Source: Naegleria gruberi (Eukaryota). From it: DNA of 7,639 bases. Numbering within the stretch: position 1 is the stretch's first letter; each line of letters starts with the position of its first letter. Under the pieces are notes generated by a model. The model worked only from the letters and a program-made list of their open reading frames with translations, did not search any database and was not told where the DNA came from. Location of the stretch: NCBI GenBank assembly GCA_000004985.1, contig GG739121.1, one strand, 5' to 3'. Of this stretch, positions 6,676 through 7,639 are shown in pieces. Position numbers and translations under genes: made by a program.

Positions 6676-7639
6676 ATGAAACAAGGTACCTTCCTTCGTA
6701 AAATCAATAGATTGCAGTTATTTACTGCATCACCCAAAATCAACAGATCAATATTAAAAATTAATAATTTAACTAATGATATTAACAAGTTTACAATTAA
6801 TAGAGTGAATCAAACTAAAAACTATTCAAATACATTAAAACCAACAACAAATAATGTTGAAAATATTAAATTTAAAAATATTGGTGACGGAAATTTGTTG
6901 GTGCCATATTTTCCATATGGTGAATCAGATTTTGCTTCCATCAGAAGAAGTAAACAATTTTATGTTGATAAAACTAATTTAATTCCTCTATTAGAAGAAA
7001 GTGGAAAACAATTATTTTTTGTTCGTCCTCCGAGATGGGGAAAATCACTATTATTATCAATGCTTTCATCATATTATGATATTAACAAGAAAGATGAATT
7101 TGATGAATTATTTTCTGGTTTATGGATTGGTGATGAACAGAATTGGACACCTGGAAAGAATCAATATTATGTTTTAAAGTTAGATTTTTCTATTCAAGTT
7201 GATGGTACTGCTGATGATATTAATCAACGACTTCACACAAAAATCAATACAACCATTGAAGGATTTTTGGAATGTTATGGTATGGGTGGTGAGGTTAGCA
7301 TTAATCAAAATGATTCATTTGATACTTATCAAAAACTTATCCAACTTTTAGTCAAGAGAAAAGGCAAATTAATGGTATTAATTGATGAATATGATAGATT
7401 TGCAAACAAATTAATATTTGAAAATCCTGAAAAATATCAATTAATAGTTGAAGGAAAGAGAGGAGATCCAACATCTTCACCAATTCGTTCTTTCTTTGAA
7501 AGATTGAAAGAGTCTTCCGCTACTGGTTTACAAGATTTTCGTAGTATCATCACTGGTATCACTCCTATTGCTCTTGCTGATGCATCTGGATATAATGTTT
7601 CCAGTAATATTTCCTCTGATAAGATATTGGTGGTTTGGT
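6676..7639 (+). CDS. Protein with an N-terminal 'predicted AAA-ATPase-like' domain (Pfam AAA-ATPase_like / DUF1703-type; in known proteins normally followed by a PD-(D/E)xK nuclease-like C-terminal domain). Partial; continues past the window end.
   Basis: Hand translation of 321 codons from ATG 6676 shows no stop: MKQGTFLRKINRLQLFTASPKINRSILKINNLTNDINKFTINRVNQTKNYSNTLKPTTNNVENIKFKNIGDGNLLVPYFPYGESDFASIRRSKQFYVDKTNLIPLLEESGKQLFFVRPPRWGKSLLLSMLSSYYDINKKDEFDELFSGLWIGDEQNWTPGKNQYYVLKLDFSIQVDGTADDINQRLHTKINTTIEGFLECYGMGGEVSINQNDSFDTYQKLIQLLVKRKGKLMVLIDEYDRFANKLIFENPEKYQLIVEGKRGDPTSSPIRSFFERLKESSATGLQDFRSIITGITPIALADASGYNVSSNISSDKILVVW. The block G-x-x-DF...YVDKT..I..L...g...F..RPxRxGKSLLLSML...F......LF.GL.I........VL.LDFS matches, as I remember it, the conserved N-terminal core of the predicted-AAA-ATPase family. 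The GKS within RPPRWGKSLL is in the Walker-A-like position, and the later hhhhDEYD run (LMVLIDEYD) is in the Walker-B-like position. The ORF track omits this frame because it has no stop in the window. Confidence 0.85.
   Translation, partial: MKQGTFLRKINRLQLFTASPKINRSILKINNLTNDINKFTINRVNQTKNYSNTLKPTTNNVENIKFKNIGDGNLLVPYFPYGESDFASIRRSKQFYVDKTNLIPLLEESGKQLFFVRPPRWGKSLLLSMLSSYYDINKKDEFDELFSGLWIGDEQNWTPGKNQYYVLKLDFSIQVDGTADDINQRLHTKINTTIEGFLECYGMGGEVSINQNDSFDTYQKLIQLLVKRKGKLMVLIDEYDRFANKLIFENPEKYQLIVEGKRGDPTSSPIRSFFERLKESSATGLQDFRSIITGITPIALADASGYNVSSNISSDKILVVW

Noticed and set aside
1103-6788. ORF-track giants 1103..6535 (+, 1810 aa), 1293..6788 (-, 1831 aa) and 1307..6580 (-, 1757 aa).
   Set aside because: They are almost entirely poly-X translated from the 5,177-nt N-run and are not evidence of large genes. 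Only their real ends were assessed: 1103-1326 plus, and 6504-6644 minus. The 6645-6788 minus portion is antisense to the confident plus CDS and is rejected.
6776-7089. Repeated 13-mer tgatattaacaag at about 6777 and about 7077.
   Set aside because: Both copies encode D-I-N-K in frame within the same AT-rich CDS. A short chance repeat in low-complexity coding sequence is not a structural repeat.
1-7639. Bacterial (e.g. Bacteroidota or low-GC Firmicute) origin, suggested by the predominantly bacterial AAA-ATPase_like family.
   Set aside because: Eukaryotic origin looks more likely. The evidence is the 70-residue presequence-like extension absent from bacterial family members, Asn/Thr-rich linkers, A-rich pre-ATG contexts with no Shine-Dalgarno, and identical codon bias in unrelated neighbouring genes. 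I cannot fully exclude a bacterial source without a database search.

Overview
Only about 2.46 kb of this 7,639-nt window is readable: positions 1-1326 and 6504-7639. Positions 1327-6503 are a 5,177-nt run of N, so all three ORF-track entries longer than 1,700 aa (the poly-X ORFs) are artefacts of translating N's. The readable flanks are AT-rich (roughly 30-35% GC). Coding frames prefer TTA/TTG Leu, AGA Arg, GGT Gly, CAA Gln and AAT Asn, and there are A-rich tracts directly before the ATG codons. To me this looks like nuclear DNA of an AT-rich yeast-like eukaryote rather than a bacterial accessory region. I cannot prove that from composition alone.

Supported content:
- A minus-strand gene whose 5' portion lies in 1-925 and runs off the left edge. 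It is broken into two reading frames by an apparent single-base frameshift near 566-617.
- A 177-bp divergent intergenic region (926-1102).
- A plus-strand gene starting at ATG 1103 and disappearing into the gap.
- To the right of the gap, a possible minus-strand N-terminus with a hydrophobic segment (6504-6644, weak).
- A confident plus-strand partial CDS (6676 to beyond 7639). It encodes a protein with a clear 'predicted AAA-ATPase-like' domain signature (YVDKT...RPxRxGKSLLLSML). This is the family usually found fused to a PD-(D/E)xK nuclease-like C-terminal domain. A ~70-residue basic, acid-free N-terminal extension precedes the domain and resembles an organellar targeting presequence.

I saw no rRNA, tRNA, CRISPR array or recognisable mobile element in the readable sequence. 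I cannot identify a novel multi-gene system from what is visible, because the gap removes the region where one would be.
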